Source: Nitrospirota bacterium (GTDB taxonomy: Bacteria; Nitrospirota; Nitrospiria; Nitrospirales; Nitrospiraceae). Taken from it: a DNA stretch of 64,000 nucleotides. Where the stretch lies: the NCBI GenBank assembly GCA_963701855.1, contig CAVPBK010000004.1, forward strand, positions 224,001 to 288,000, given 5' to 3'. The notes beneath the pieces are model-generated. The model was not told the DNA's origin. It made no database searches and saw only the letters and a program-made list of their open reading frames with translations. This document shows, piece by piece, positions 1 through 10,652 of this stretch (position 1 is its first letter; each line of letters begins with the position of its first letter). A program made the translations under genes and the position numbers.

Positions 1-923
1 AACCGCAAGAGCGTCATCGACATGAGCAGCAGCCCTACTCCCAGGGCGGACCAGAGGTAGCCCACCTCGACCGGCCCCAGACCCAACAGCTTATTCGCAA
101 AGACCGGAAACAACGTCGTGAGGGCGCTGGCGCCGAATCCGTAACATCCCGCCGTGAAAACCAGCAGCAGGATGACGCGTTGTTTAATCGCGACGAAGGC
201 CAGTCCCTCGCTGAAATCTTGGAATGCTGAGCCACGGGTCATTTGTGATTCTACAGATGGCTGCCCTGTTTCCAGTCTCACTAGCCCGAGGCAGAGCGCT
301 GCCACGAAATATGTGACCGCGTTCAGACAGAGCACTTCCTGCGAACCGAACAAGGCGATTCCTATTCCGCTCAACGCAGGACCGAAAATGATGCCCAAGC
401 TGGTCGTGCTCTGAATAAGCGCATTCGCAGCCGTGAATTGCGCCCTTGGGACAATCAGAGGCACCGACGACGTCAGTGCCGGACTGAACGTCGCCATCGC
501 CACCGCGTCGAGAAAGACAAGGACATACAAGAGATTGACTGTGAAGGTGTCGGTTGACACGGCGCAGGGAATGATCCCGATCAGCATTGCCCGCAATACG
601 TTCGATCCGATGAGGAAGAATTTTTTCGGCAATCGGTCCACATAGACGCCGATAACGGGACCGAGCACGATGGGAGGAATCGTATGAAGGAGTCCGATAA
701 TGGTGGTTTTCACCGGCGAACCGGTAATGGAATACACGAACCAGAGCAGGGCAAGGTTCGAAATTCCATCGCCAACTTGGGACACCAGCTGACTGAGCCA
801 GATCAATCCAAAATCTCGCGTGAACAGCAGGCGCCAGGGACGCACCGCGCGCACCTCTGTTTGTGTCGCTCCATTGTGCCACGCAGAATCTCGGTTGATT
901 ATCAAAGTCTGCCAAGACCTCAT
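1..923 (-). CDS. MFS transporter (DHA3/macrolide-efflux-like), 3' end runs off the window
   Basis: Manually translated frame not in the ORF track. ATG at 923 overlaps the BON-gene stop (ATGA) and reads ...PWRLLFTRDFGLIWLSQLVSQVGDGISNLALLWFVYSITGS...GVYVDRLPKK.... Paralogous to 1777-3060. Confidence 0.88.
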   Translation of the reverse strand, partial: MRSWQTLIINRDSAWHNGATQTEVRAVRPWRLLFTRDFGLIWLSQLVSQVGDGISNLALLWFVYSITGSPVKTTIIGLLHTIPPIVLGPVIGVYVDRLPKKFFLIGSNVLRAMLIGIIPCAVSTDTFTVNLLYVLVFLDAVAMATFSPALTSSVPLIVPRAQFTAANALIQSTTSLGIIFGPALSGIGIALFGSQEVLCLNAVTYFVAALCLGLVRLETGQPSVESQMTRGSAFQDFSEGLAFVAIKQRVILLLVFTAGCYGFGASALTTLFPVFANKLLGLGPVEVGYLWSALGVGLLLMSMTLLR

Positions 924-1714
924 CCCTCCCTCTCGATCCTGACCTTATCCGTCCTCACAGCTTTTACCCCCGGGACCTGCCTGGCCGCTTCTGCCGCTTC
1001 CAAGATAATTACTTGGAATCGGACGGTGCCGCTGAGCGAAACTATTCCCTGCTCCGTCTTCACCTCGAAGTTGGCCGCGGTTACGGTCACACTTTGGGCA
1101 AATCGTTCTTTGACATAGCGGGTAATGATGTCGTCCTGTTTGTGCGTGATGACGTCCGGCAGATCTTTGACCACCTCTAGTTTGTTTGACACAGATTTCA
1201 CGGTCGGCACGGTGCTCGCGATTTTTTCTGCGGTGGCCTTCTCCATCTCGGTGGACACCTTCCCCGCAAGCGTGATTCCGTCAGATCCGGCGTCCACCTC
1301 GATCTCGTACGGAAACAGGAGGGGATCTTCCAGCAACGCGAGTTTGACCGTCAGAATCAGCGAGGATACGCCTTTCTTGCCCGTACCCTCTTTTTCTTTC
1401 TCTGCCCCCTCTTCTCTTACGTCTTTTTTCGCCTTCGATTCCTCGCCCTTGGATGTCTCTGCCTTCGGCTGAGCTGGTTTCGATTCCTGAGCGAACGACT
1501 GAGCGGGTGGCAGGTCTTTCTGTGGCTTGGCAGGAGGCTTGGGAGCCGCCGCTTTGCCCTGATCGGCGGGGGACTGATCTGACGTGATCGAATTTTGATC
1601 ACTCTGGGCGAGCATCGGATTCATGAGCTGATCCGTAAACAGGGCACACAGGCAAAACACCAGGAGCAGGTGACCCAACCCGGAATTGTCGCACCAGAGA
1701 AGGAGCTGTTTCAC
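920..1714 (-). CDS. Exported double BON-domain (OsmY-like) protein
   Basis: Probable GTG start at 1714 after AAGGGA. Hydrophobic N-terminus, Pro/Lys/Glu linker, then two BON repeats (IEVDAGSDGITLAGKV...VSNKLEV; FEVKTEQGIVSLSGTV...VPGVKAV). Confidence 0.85.
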   Translation of the reverse strand: MKQLLLWCDNSGLGHLLLVFCLCALFTDQLMNPMLAQSDQNSITSDQSPADQGKAAAPKPPAKPQKDLPPAQSFAQESKPAQPKAETSKGEESKAKKDVREEGAEKEKEGTGKKGVSSLILTVKLALLEDPLLFPYEIEVDAGSDGITLAGKVSTEMEKATAEKIASTVPTVKSVSNKLEVVKDLPDVITHKQDDIITRYVKERFAQSVTVTAANFEVKTEQGIVSLSGTVRFQVIILEAAEAARQVPGVKAVRTDKVRIEREG

Positions 1715-1776
1715 ATCCCTTGCATCCTTGTCTATCGGGATCCGCCTCGGCAACGAACACGATGGATTCGCCGGAC

Positions 1777-3060
1777 TTACGAGGCCAATAGCTCGTGAGC
1801 CGTCTGGTCCGGCTGTCGTCGGCTGCAGAGAGCCGCGACGACCGCGGTGCCCAACAACAGCACCCCGATACCCATGAGGCTCGCTGCAGGTCCAACAACG
1901 TCCGCCACCCACCCAAACCCGGCCATCCCGACCATGGCCGCGGCCATGGCACCGGTGCTGAAGGTAGTAAAGACACGGCCTAAGAGGGGTTCGGGCGTCA
2001 ATTCTTGCAACATCGCCCAGACAATTGGCGTGAAGATGGCGGTGCTGCCGCCGAACACGATGATCAGGGCCGCGGCCATCACAGGTGCCTCTAACATGCC
2101 AAGCGTACACACCGCGACAGCACCGACAGCCAGGGCAGCGGAAATCAACCGCAAGCGGTTTTGAAAATCTCCTTGATTGATCCATGCCAGCCAGGCGGAC
2201 GCACCCAGCATCCCTATCCCGAGCGATGACCACAGCCACCCGAGTTCGACGGCACTCGCATCGAGCAGTTGCGTCGCAAATACAGGCAGTAAGAACACGA
2301 AGGCGCTCGCGCCCAAACTGTAGAGGGCAGCAGTGAGCATAAGTAGGAGGACCGTCCGGTGTTGGAAGAATACAAATCGAAATCCGACCAAAAGATCTTG
2401 GAAGATAGTCGCTGTACTAGCCAATCGCTCGCGCATATGCATGGTCTCATGCAGACGCACGGGCATGAGGCACAGCGCGGAGACCAAGAACGTGAACCCA
2501 TCCAGGTACAGCACATTGTGGGCTCCGATTATAGCAATGCCAATTCCGCCTACGGCTGGACCGATCAGCAGACCGATGTTGGTCGTGCTTTGAATCATTG
2601 CATTGGCGGCAGTCAGTTGAGCGCGCGGCACGAGAAGAGGAACGGCTGACGCCAACGCCGGGCCAAAAACCGTTGAGACAATAGCCGTCAGGAAGACAAG
2701 CACGTAGAGCCGTTCGAGCGTCAGAGACTCCATAGCGTACAGCAGAGGGATGAGTATGACCAATCCCGCACGGATAAGGTCTACCCAGATCAGTACCGGT
2801 TTTTTCTTCATCCGATCGAGATAGACACCGATCAGGGGACCGAAGACTAACGGCGGAATGGTTTGGAGTAATCCGATCAGCGTCATCTTAAAGGCTGAAC
2901 CGGTCAGTTCATACACGAACCACAGCAGCGCCACTTTGTTCATGCTGTCGCCGATCTGGGAAACGGCTTGGCCGGAAAACAAAAACCCGAAGCTCCTCGT
3001 TCTCAGCAACTCCCATCCGGATCCTACCCGGCCATCATTGACCTTGACGTTATCAGCCAC
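1777..3060 (-). CDS. MFS transporter
   Basis: 427 aa, about 12 hydrophobic segments, MFS motif-A-like GVYLDRMKKK, GGAGG RBS. Confidence 0.92.
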   Translation of the reverse strand: MADNVKVNDGRVGSGWELLRTRSFGFLFSGQAVSQIGDSMNKVALLWFVYELTGSAFKMTLIGLLQTIPPLVFGPLIGVYLDRMKKKPVLIWVDLIRAGLVILIPLLYAMESLTLERLYVLVFLTAIVSTVFGPALASAVPLLVPRAQLTAANAMIQSTTNIGLLIGPAVGGIGIAIIGAHNVLYLDGFTFLVSALCLMPVRLHETMHMRERLASTATIFQDLLVGFRFVFFQHRTVLLLMLTAALYSLGASAFVFLLPVFATQLLDASAVELGWLWSSLGIGMLGASAWLAWINQGDFQNRLRLISAALAVGAVAVCTLGMLEAPVMAAALIIVFGGSTAIFTPIVWAMLQELTPEPLLGRVFTTFSTGAMAAAMVGMAGFGWVADVVGPAASLMGIGVLLLGTAVVAALCSRRQPDQTAHELLAS

Positions 3061-3154
3061 AACAAAACCTCCCCCAACCCTTCAATCACAGATGCATCGT
3101 TCGAACACCCGCTGGAAATTGTTTTCGAGAACACCAGCCTCCTTTCGCTCATGT

Positions 3155-4243
3155 TTACACACCGATCGATAAAGCAGGCAAGGGGGAGAAACTCCCTGCC
3201 TCTGCCTCCCTTTCGTACGTACTACCGAGGGTGTGCCTATACACTCGGAGATAGTCTTGCGCCATACGTTCCACACTGAACCGCTCCTCGAAGGTCTGTC
3301 GACATTGCCGACGGTCGATTTCAGGAATACGGTGGATGGCCGTCGTCAGCTCGTCGACTCCCTCGCAGACGAATCCCGTAGTTCCGTCTTCAATGATTTC
3401 CGGAATTGACCCACGCCGGTAGGCCAGCACAGGGGTTCCGCAGGCCAGTGCTTCAATCAGCACGAGCCCGAACGGTTCCGGCCAGTCGTAAGGACAAACG
3501 AGCGCCATTGCCTGACCAAGAAATTCATTTTTTTCGGTATCAGTGATCTCGCCGATGTACTCGATTAACGGATCAGAGAGCAGCGGCTCGATTTCGGTGC
3601 GAAAGTACTCCTGATCCGCCGGATCGACCTTCGCCGCAATCCGCAAAGGAATCCCTACCCGCTTGGCGAGTTCAATTGCATGATCCGGTCGCTTCTCGGG
3701 AGCGATACGCCCTAGGAAGGCCAGATAGTCACCGGAATTCGGATGGAAGGCGTACAGATCTCTTGGCAAGCCGTGATAGACCGTCGCATGCCAATTTGCC
3801 CAGGAGACAGGTTTCCTCTGAGAATTCGAAATCGACACCATCGGCATCTCCGCATACTCGCGAAACACCGGCTCCAGTTCGGGCAGATCGAGCCGACCAT
3901 GGAATGTGGTCACCGTTGGGGTTGGATTCCGCCTGGCGAGAGGGAAACCCATGAAATCGAGATGGGAATGAATGATGTCAAAATCGCCGGTTTTTCCGAG
4001 GGCCTGCTCCATCAGCATCGTCATGGGCGCATCGCGATTGAAGATTCCTGTATTCAATCGCAGGGCGCGAGCGCAGATCGCTTCAAGGCGAGCGGTGGTG
4101 ACCGAATCTCCGCTCGCGAACAGGGTCACGTCGTGACCGAGCCGAACGAGCTCTTCGGTGAGGTAGGATACGATCCGTTCCGTTCCTCCATAGAGTTTGG
4201 GTGGAACGCTCTCCCACAAGGGTGCGACCTGGGCAATTCTCAT
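3155..4243 (-). CDS. Glycosyltransferase family 4
   Basis: MRIAQVAPLWESVPPKLYGGTER N-terminus, FLGRIAPEKRP, EPFGLVLIEALACGTPV. AAGGAG RBS. Confidence 0.95.
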   Translation of the reverse strand: MRIAQVAPLWESVPPKLYGGTERIVSYLTEELVRLGHDVTLFASGDSVTTARLEAICARALRLNTGIFNRDAPMTMLMEQALGKTGDFDIIHSHLDFMGFPLARRNPTPTVTTFHGRLDLPELEPVFREYAEMPMVSISNSQRKPVSWANWHATVYHGLPRDLYAFHPNSGDYLAFLGRIAPEKRPDHAIELAKRVGIPLRIAAKVDPADQEYFRTEIEPLLSDPLIEYIGEITDTEKNEFLGQAMALVCPYDWPEPFGLVLIEALACGTPVLAYRRGSIPEIIEDGTTGFVCEGVDELTTAIHRIPEIDRRQCRQTFEERFSVERMAQDYLRVYRHTLGSTYEREAEAGSFSPLPALSIGV

Positions 4244-4686
4244 CTGACTGCTCCTTTCATCATGGGCTTATTTTTTTCGGTCGCAATGCGACGACTCGTA
4301 CTTCAGGAATCACATCAGCGTCGATTTTTTCTCAAGGACCAGGAACCCGCTCTCGCTGCGTGTTTTTGTCGAAGTGGAGACACCTAAAACTCCCGGAGAT
4401 ATCTTTGATCAAATACATGTCTCCCTTGAGGACAACCGAGCGCCCTTGAGCGTTAGTGGAGACGTCTCAAGGCGGGTACATGAGACCAACCTGATGGACC
4501 AGACAAGCCGGTAGTGGGTCGATTTGAAGTTAACACAGTAGCATGTTCATCAAACAGAAAGTGATCACTGTTGCTCATCTCTCAAATGAGCCGAGCCTTC
4601 GCATTAGATCTTACAGATAGCTCCTCGGGTCCGTCCCGGGGGTTGTCAGAGTAGAGAATTGCATACAACCCCGCATCCCAGAGGCT

Positions 4687-5135
4687 CTACGTGACACCAC
4701 CCTGCCAGGACGAGCGGGGGACTCCAGACGTCCCATGACGATCTCTTCTATTGCTCGTATCGGTTGCCCTCGCTTCATTTTCGAGCTGGTGCAGCGACAG
4801 CACATGTGTCCCATCCTTCAGTTCGCGATCTTTTGCTTCAATACGATCTCCTCGGCCAATACATTCGCGCATCTGGGTATCCGGATCGACATGCAACCTC
4901 ACTTCCTTACCGTCAATCCGCTCGACGAAATAGTTATTGCCTTCTACGCGCAGCACTTGGCCCTTGAGGGGCTCGATACCCTGCTATGTTTCTTCACCGC
5001 ACTTCACGAGATCCGCTTCTCCGGCTCTCCGAGTAGCACAGGGATCGAGGCCAATTTTCTCTGCTGACTGAAGATTAGACAGCCCTCAGGCACAGCACGA
5101 AACTACACGACATGGCACCGACGACGAATTTGTAG
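4687..5135 (-). pseudogene. Decayed exported protein of the '...GEVLRVEG...GDRIEA...' small-protein family
   Basis: A signal-like start (VGAMSCSFVLCL) is followed by a frameshift and an in-frame stop before KGQVLRVEGNNYFVERIDGKEVRLHVD...GDRIEAK. A paralogous tail lies at 45134-45235. Confidence 0.55.
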
Positions 5136-5504
5136 ATAGATACCATAGAGAGAAGCCTCCTCGATTAGCTGTATATACACACACAATGACCTATCATGGG
5201 CTCCTTGAAGAGTGTTTGGACCTATGCAGATGCCTAGTTCTTGGGTGCAGATTAGGCTTAGACTCTTGCAGCGAGAAGTCTCCCCTTCATTCAATGCTTC
5301 CCCGTCAGCATGCATGGTGCTGACGAACGTTCGACGACCTGCCCGGACAGGTCACAGTCTGAGTGAACAAACCACAATCCCATGCCTTGGTGTACATCGC
5401 CATGGAGCGCTGAGGCGCATCACGTCGGCGATTCAAGTCCTCGACAATCTTGAGCGGCAGCGCAATCGCAAAACGCTGAAAGATCCACCGCACACCAGAT
5501 GCTT

Positions 5505-5680
5505 GCTCGGCCAAACGTCGCCGTACTTGTACTGACTTTGATTGAACATCCGTGATTGCATGCAACAGCCGAAGCAATTCGGCGCACATGCCTGTCTTGA
5601 GAAGGCATACACATCGCCGGAAGATTTGGCCAGGCCATTCAGCTTGCGGTGGCGATTGTGGGAGAGATGCCCAGATGGGG
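5505..5680 (+). pseudogene. Response-regulator receiver C-terminal remnant
   Basis: Broken frames give VAVLVLTLIEHP*...FGAHACLEKAYTSPEDL..AIQLAVAIVGEMP, resembling the beta4-alpha5 end of a REC domain. Confidence 0.35.
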
Positions 5681-5722
5681 TCACCGACTTCACCATCCAG
5701 TGGATGGCGCTGAAGTGGCAGC

Positions 5723-5869
5723 TCAGACGTGCCGGGAGTCGTAGTGGGGATATTTATTGGGATCGCATGCATAATCAATCATTTTCATCACATCTTTCGC
5801 GACAGCCAAACCGATCCCGACGATCATGACCACAAGGGCGGCCCCAAGGCCAAACATAAATATCGGCAT
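5723..5869 (-). CDS. Small single-TM hypothetical protein (48 aa)
   Basis: AAAGGAGG RBS before the ATG at 5869; MPIFMFGLGAALVVMIVGIGLAVAKD.... Confidence 0.45.
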   Translation of the reverse strand: MPIFMFGLGAALVVMIVGIGLAVAKDVMKMIDYACDPNKYPHYDSRHV

Positions 5870-6189
5870 CCTGCCACCTCCTTTTTCCTTGTTTGCTAGC
5901 CAGGTAAAACAAAGGCCCGACACCTTCGCATCGCGCCTTTGGGTCGTCCGTGCTGGTCCATGCAGGCGACGATGTACCACGTGGCTTAGGCCTTGGTTCC
6001 ATCGCGGTTTCTTCGGCACCGCCTTCAGCCTAGCGTAAGGGGTGCCCGAGGATCACCCACCGATGATAAGCTAGCCCAGTCTCAAAATCTGGTCTGCTTT
6101 GATCACTTTCGAACGGATTAGGCGCCCATCACCCCGGCCACTCCTGCAACTGGTCCGATGGCCCCGAGGGGCGACGGCTAGTGCATCTT

Positions 6190-6385
6190 GAGCGAGAAGC
6201 GGCTGGCCCCGGCGCTGCTGTTCAAACAAAGCAATCTGGGTCAAATTCCATCCGGCTGAGGGTCCAGCATGGCTGTATGGGTTAGAGGAGGCCTCTGATC
6301 ATCGCCTGATACGTGAATAGCCTCCACCTCGTTCGGCTAGAGTCGAACAGGAGGACTTATGGCGTGCGCACGATGCGGTGGGATT
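6190..6385 (+). repeat. Dispersed copy of the segment at 44535-44754 (Crp/Fnr fragment, leader and start of a CxxC mini-gene)
   Basis: Both copies share GAGCGAGAAGCGGCTGGCCC..., CCATCCGGC..AGGGTCCAGCATG..., and GAACAGGAGGACTTATGGC.TGCGCACGATGCGGTGGG. Confidence 0.85.
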
Positions 6386-6627
6386 TGGAATCCAACCGCA
6401 GATGACAGCTAATGAAGTTACACAGGCTTTGTCGCCTCCGTCGCCCGTGTTGCCGATGTTAAACCTTTCATTCTCGTTCCCGATCTGGCAGGATGCACCG
6501 CAGCCGGTCAGTGGGGCCAGCGGTCAACGGACTACGCGCCGCCGATCTCCTCGGTCCAGACCAGCTACAACCAAGCCTCAACGAGTACCTGCTACAGTTA
6601 ACGCTATGTCGATCCACACCTTGAAAC

Positions 6628-7382
6628 TGGGCTGCTGCCGGTTTCACAGACACCGAGTTAGGTGTATGAATGAAACCGGAGGTAAGGCATGGAGCGACGG
6701 AAGTTTACGCGAGAGTTCAAAGTTGAGGCGGTGAAGTTAATCCAGGAGCGCGGAGTGACGGTGGCGCAAGCCGCGCGGGATTTGGGCGTGCATGGGACGG
6801 TGTTGCGCCGATGGGTGCAGGCGTCTGCCGCCGACGCGACGCAGGCCTTTCCGGGCCAGGGGCAGATGAAACCTGAGCAGGCGGAACTCGCACGGCTCCG
6901 ACGGGAAGTTCTCAAGTTAAAGGCGGAGCGCGACATCTTAAACAAAGCCGTGGTAGGTTCAAGCGATCAATGCAACACCCTCTGGGGTACAGTGGAGTGG
7001 GAGGGTGATCGTGATGGGACAGATCGGGCGGCGAGGCAAGCCTGCGACCGTGTTGCATCACTCCGATCGAGGGAGCCCGTACACCAGTGAGCCCTTCCAG
7101 CGGCTCCTGGTCGACCACGGCGTGACCTGTAGCATGAGCCGAGCCGGCCACTGCTGGGACAATGCCGCGATGGAGAGCTTCTTCTCCTCGCGCAAGACCG
7201 AACGGACGGCGAACAAGACGTACCGCACGCGAGACCAGGCCAAAGCGGACGTGTTCGATTACATCGAGCGCTTCTACAATCCCAGGCGACGGCACTCAAC
7301 GTTGGGGTATCTCAGTCCGATGGAGTTCGAACGCCAGGCGGAATTAGCGTAGGGTGGTGTCCACTAAACCGGCAGCAGCCCA
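6628..7382 (+). mobile_element. Internally deleted IS3-family element
   Basis: Terminal IRs TGGGCTGCTGCCGGTTT (6628) and AAACCGGCAGCAGCCCA (ends 7382). Contains orfA (MERRKFTREFKVEAVKLI..., 6689 to about 6950) and only the C-terminal rve part of orfB (HHSDRGS...CWDNAAMESFF...RRHSTLGYLSP, ends 7352). Confidence 0.93.
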
Positions 7383-7501
7383 GTTCCTATCGGATGAAGC
7401 TAGGGAACTTCATAGTACCCTCTTCCTCCGAACGGCCTACAGTAATCGGTAACGGTTTCAAAGAAGGCAAATGCCTCTCTGAACGCTTCAAGAGAAGGCA
7501 A

Positions 7502-7651
7502 ATGCCTCTAATAAGCTGTCCCAAGTGTCAGAGTGAAGTAAAACCCATCGAGAGTTGGCGCATTGCCGCTAACCTCAAAGTGGAAGAACCTCCCCAGCCC
7601 ATGTGGGCCTGTCTGAATCCGACCTGCCTACACAAATGGCCAAAGTCGTAG
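7502..7651 (+). CDS. Small zinc-ribbon-like protein (49 aa)
   Basis: MPLISCPKC...WACLNPTCLHKW, with CxxC and CxxxxC pairs. Confidence 0.45.
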   Translation: MPLISCPKCQSEVKPIESWRIAANLKVEEPPQPMWACLNPTCLHKWPKS

Positions 7652-9715
7652 ATCGCCTGCTTGTGGACCACCCTACGAAGCTGGCTAAGTTTGAAATGTT
7701 CATGCTTTCGATGAATCGAGAACTAGAGCGCGACGAAGCAAAAGGCTCGAAAGCGGCGTGATTTTAGACTCAGTGTAGGCAGGCTTCCGATGCAGGTCTC
7801 GATTGCGCCTTCATTCCTGTACATTCCGGAACTATTGTCTGGCTTGCTTCAGCTTTTCACTTCCTCTTCAGATGGCGGCTTCTGGTCGCTCTCACTCGCT
7901 TGGCAAGTGGTCGTAGTCTGGCCAGAGGACATACGTTCACACCTGGAATATCAATGATACGGCAAAGCTAAGTATCCCTGATGATATAGGGGAATGCAGA
8001 GAGGCAAACTCTGAGTTAGAACAGGCACGGCCTACTTCAGGTCATGTTCCGATTAAGAACATGGTACCTCGCATTCACTTTCTGTGTTCGTAGCGGATCT
8101 TAGTACACGGTCGTCAGCTTATTATCATTGATGGCTGATAACGAATCCAGATAACTGGTGAGCAAGCCAGACTCTGAAAATGAGAAGTATATCTTTGAAT
8201 TCTGTAGGATTCTCAGTTTGAGAACATCGTGTACGGGCTTTTGTTCTTAAAAGTATTTCGATTCACGTAATCTTCTCTTGTTACAACCTTGTAATACCAG
8301 GGGGTCAGAGGTCAATTTGGGTGGAAGTGCAAATAATCAACCTCCTTCCAAAGACGGCTCGATAGTCTTGGTCCACGATATGCCTCCGACATCTAGCCTC
8401 TCCAGCCCTTCGTTGGGTTTTGCCTCATGCCCTGTGTTGGCTTCATAAGGCCACCCAACATACTCTGATTGTAGATTGACTAGGACCTGCCTGACCAGGC
8501 CAAGATTCGGGATCAAAATTAGTCGAAACCTGTGATATGGAATCGCGTGTACGCCCCTCACCATAAACCCAGCGACAAAGGCGGTAGCCGCGAGTGCGTC
8601 GCCTTACATCAGATATCCTTTCTTCTTCTTCGCGTCGCAGGTGACCGGCTATTCTCTACCGCTGCTTATCCCATTTCCCAGACACGCAATTCGTCTTGTT
8701 GGTCTAGACCGAATGCTGGCATAGCGGCCTCGTAGAGGAGGCCATTCTAGAAGGGGTGCGAACGAGGGCGCAAGGGTCGCAGGCGCGGATCGGGCGAGAT
8801 TCACGGGAAATAGTTATGATTTCGCAGGTAATGATTGAGGACGCTGCAAGTGAGCCGGTACACTTCAGGCGGTATTGAGGCACATCTCACGAATCAAAAT
8901 TTCTTTAACCGCGAGGGCCTCCAGTGGTCCGGCTCATTCTCCCATGTCTATCTCTAACCTATCTAGAACCAGGCAAATAGTCAACAGTCGCCCGGCTGAA
9001 TACTACAACATCTCCGGTCTGCACACGAGAATCTAACATCTCGTGCAACGCTTCAACTGATACGAGGCACCCCTCGATCCTGTAGTGAGAGTCTCAACCC
9101 CGCATCAGATCAGTGTACAGCGGCTGGTCAGACCACGGCTCTTAAAACATCGGAAGCTAACGGCTTCAAGAAGTCTTATAATTGTACTGCGAGACTCGCC
9201 AACCCCACGATTTGGGACTGCCTTGCGATGGTGAGGGGAATGGACAGTCGTTGGAAATTATCAGGAGGTCAACGTGATTGAGGAGCCCAAAGGGAGCCGT
9301 GTTTTGTGGCAACCGCTCAAAGTAGAGGCTCGCGTCTTCGAAGTCTCAAATGAGCAATGGGGAGTGTGTTCGGGAGGCTTCGTATGTTATGCTCATCGAA
9401 AAGAGCGGCAGCATGGCGACATATCTTTGTAGGCCGGTAGACACAGGGGAAACTAGGGCAAGTTACAAAGAAATTGTCCAATGGCTGAGAAACGAAGGCG
9501 CGGCGCACCGTCACGGAAGTTCTCGCTCTTGGACGAAAAGGAAAGTAATAAACTGGTGATCGAATGTACGAGGGAACGAAGACGAACGCGCAAGGTCGCA
9601 GGCGCGGGTCGGCGCACGCATGTCTCGGTGAACAATCAGGCGGAAGGAAACGCGCTTCCGCTCAGTGAGGTTCTTACCGAACCACGGAAGCCATCGCCGT
9701 TAACCGTGCAGAGGG

Positions 9716-9898
9716 TCAATCTAGAATGAGATGTCGGTGTTTGTTGGGCACCGATTCTCCGCAGTCAACGCAGTAAAAGTTGCCCGTGAAACCGCCGAAG
9801 CCGCTAGGCTCCAATTTTAGTGTGAGATGCTCACAGAGTGGTTGACCGCCGCGCTGAGACTCCATCATTCGTACTGCAGTAGCTTGAGCGTTCATCAT
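9716..9898 (-). CDS. Small CEH...CxxC hypothetical protein
   Basis: GGGAGG RBS; PLCEHLTLKLE...TGNFYCVDCGE. Paralog at 41379-41540. Confidence 0.6.
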   Translation of the reverse strand: MMNAQATAVRMMESQRGGQPLCEHLTLKLEPSGFGGFTGNFYCVDCGESVPNKHRHLILD

Positions 9899-10135
9899 GA
9901 TATCCTCCCCATGTTCTACAAGCCGACTGTTCTAGACAATTCCAGTTGTTTGTACCGTTTATACAATTCGAAAGGGACTGGGGAGATCCCTAGTTTAACT
10001 GGCCATGTGAATATGCCCAGGCCAATGGGGTGTATGCCTGTTTGACTTCCTCTTTCAATCGGGCGAGGATCGGCGAGCGCTCTAGCGAGCTTGGTGTGTA
10101 GTTGCCTCTACGGGGAAGAAAGGAAGGTGCGGACG

Positions 10136-10348
10136 ATGGGCGAACTCGTGCATGCCTATTCTCTGTACGTCAATCAGCAACGGGTTCCTGAAGTCTTCAC
10201 GACGAGGGAGGAGGCTGAAGAACGAGCCAAGCCTTACCTACAGAGCCAAGCCGCGCTTCAGATCAAGACAACCACGGGGGCAGTTCGTACTTGGAATTAT
10301 AGATACGATCTGAAGCAGTGGGTGGAAATGATGGGGAGGGTGAGCTGA
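10136..10348 (+). CDS. Hypothetical protein (70 aa)
   Basis: Purine-rich AAGGAAGG upstream; MGELVHAYSLYVNQQRVPEVFTTREEAEERAK.... Confidence 0.55.
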   Translation: MGELVHAYSLYVNQQRVPEVFTTREEAEERAKPYLQSQAALQIKTTTGAVRTWNYRYDLKQWVEMMGRVS

Positions 10349-10652
10349 ACCAGAGGCTTGTCTATCCTACCAACGCTTTGACAACTTCCTCGTACCTCAA
10401 CCTCTCCAATCCCTCTCGCAACAGACTCAGCGGTATGCTTTCCCTGTGCACGTACGTCTGACCCTGAACATTCGCCGCAGAGTGTCCGGCGATGATCTCA
10501 CAGAGATTCTGAGGGCAACCAGCGCCGATCAGTTTGCTTATCCCTCCTCTCCCCTGCTATGTTGCGGTTGCCACTTGGCCATGTCGCCTACGGACAACGA
10601 AACACCAGCAAAAGGGGGATAACATGGAGGATCAGGACGGCTTTGGAATCCC

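Noticed and set aside
184..915. 243-aa ORF in the track
   Set aside because: It is an off-frame shadow. The real MFS frame starts at 923 and runs off the window.
4398..4488. Clustered short hairpins and CCCTTGAG repeats upstream of the GT4 gene as a riboswitch
   Set aside because: I recognised no riboswitch consensus, and the stems are short.
7700..8740. Lower-GC stretch with short ORFs
   Set aside because: It is probably decayed foreign coding DNA, but no family could be recognised.
8853..8935. Imperfect inverted repeat GAGCCGGTACACT / AGTGGTCCGGCTC as an ncRNA
   Set aside because: It is a single imperfect stem with no recognisable family motif, and it cannot be supported without covariation data.
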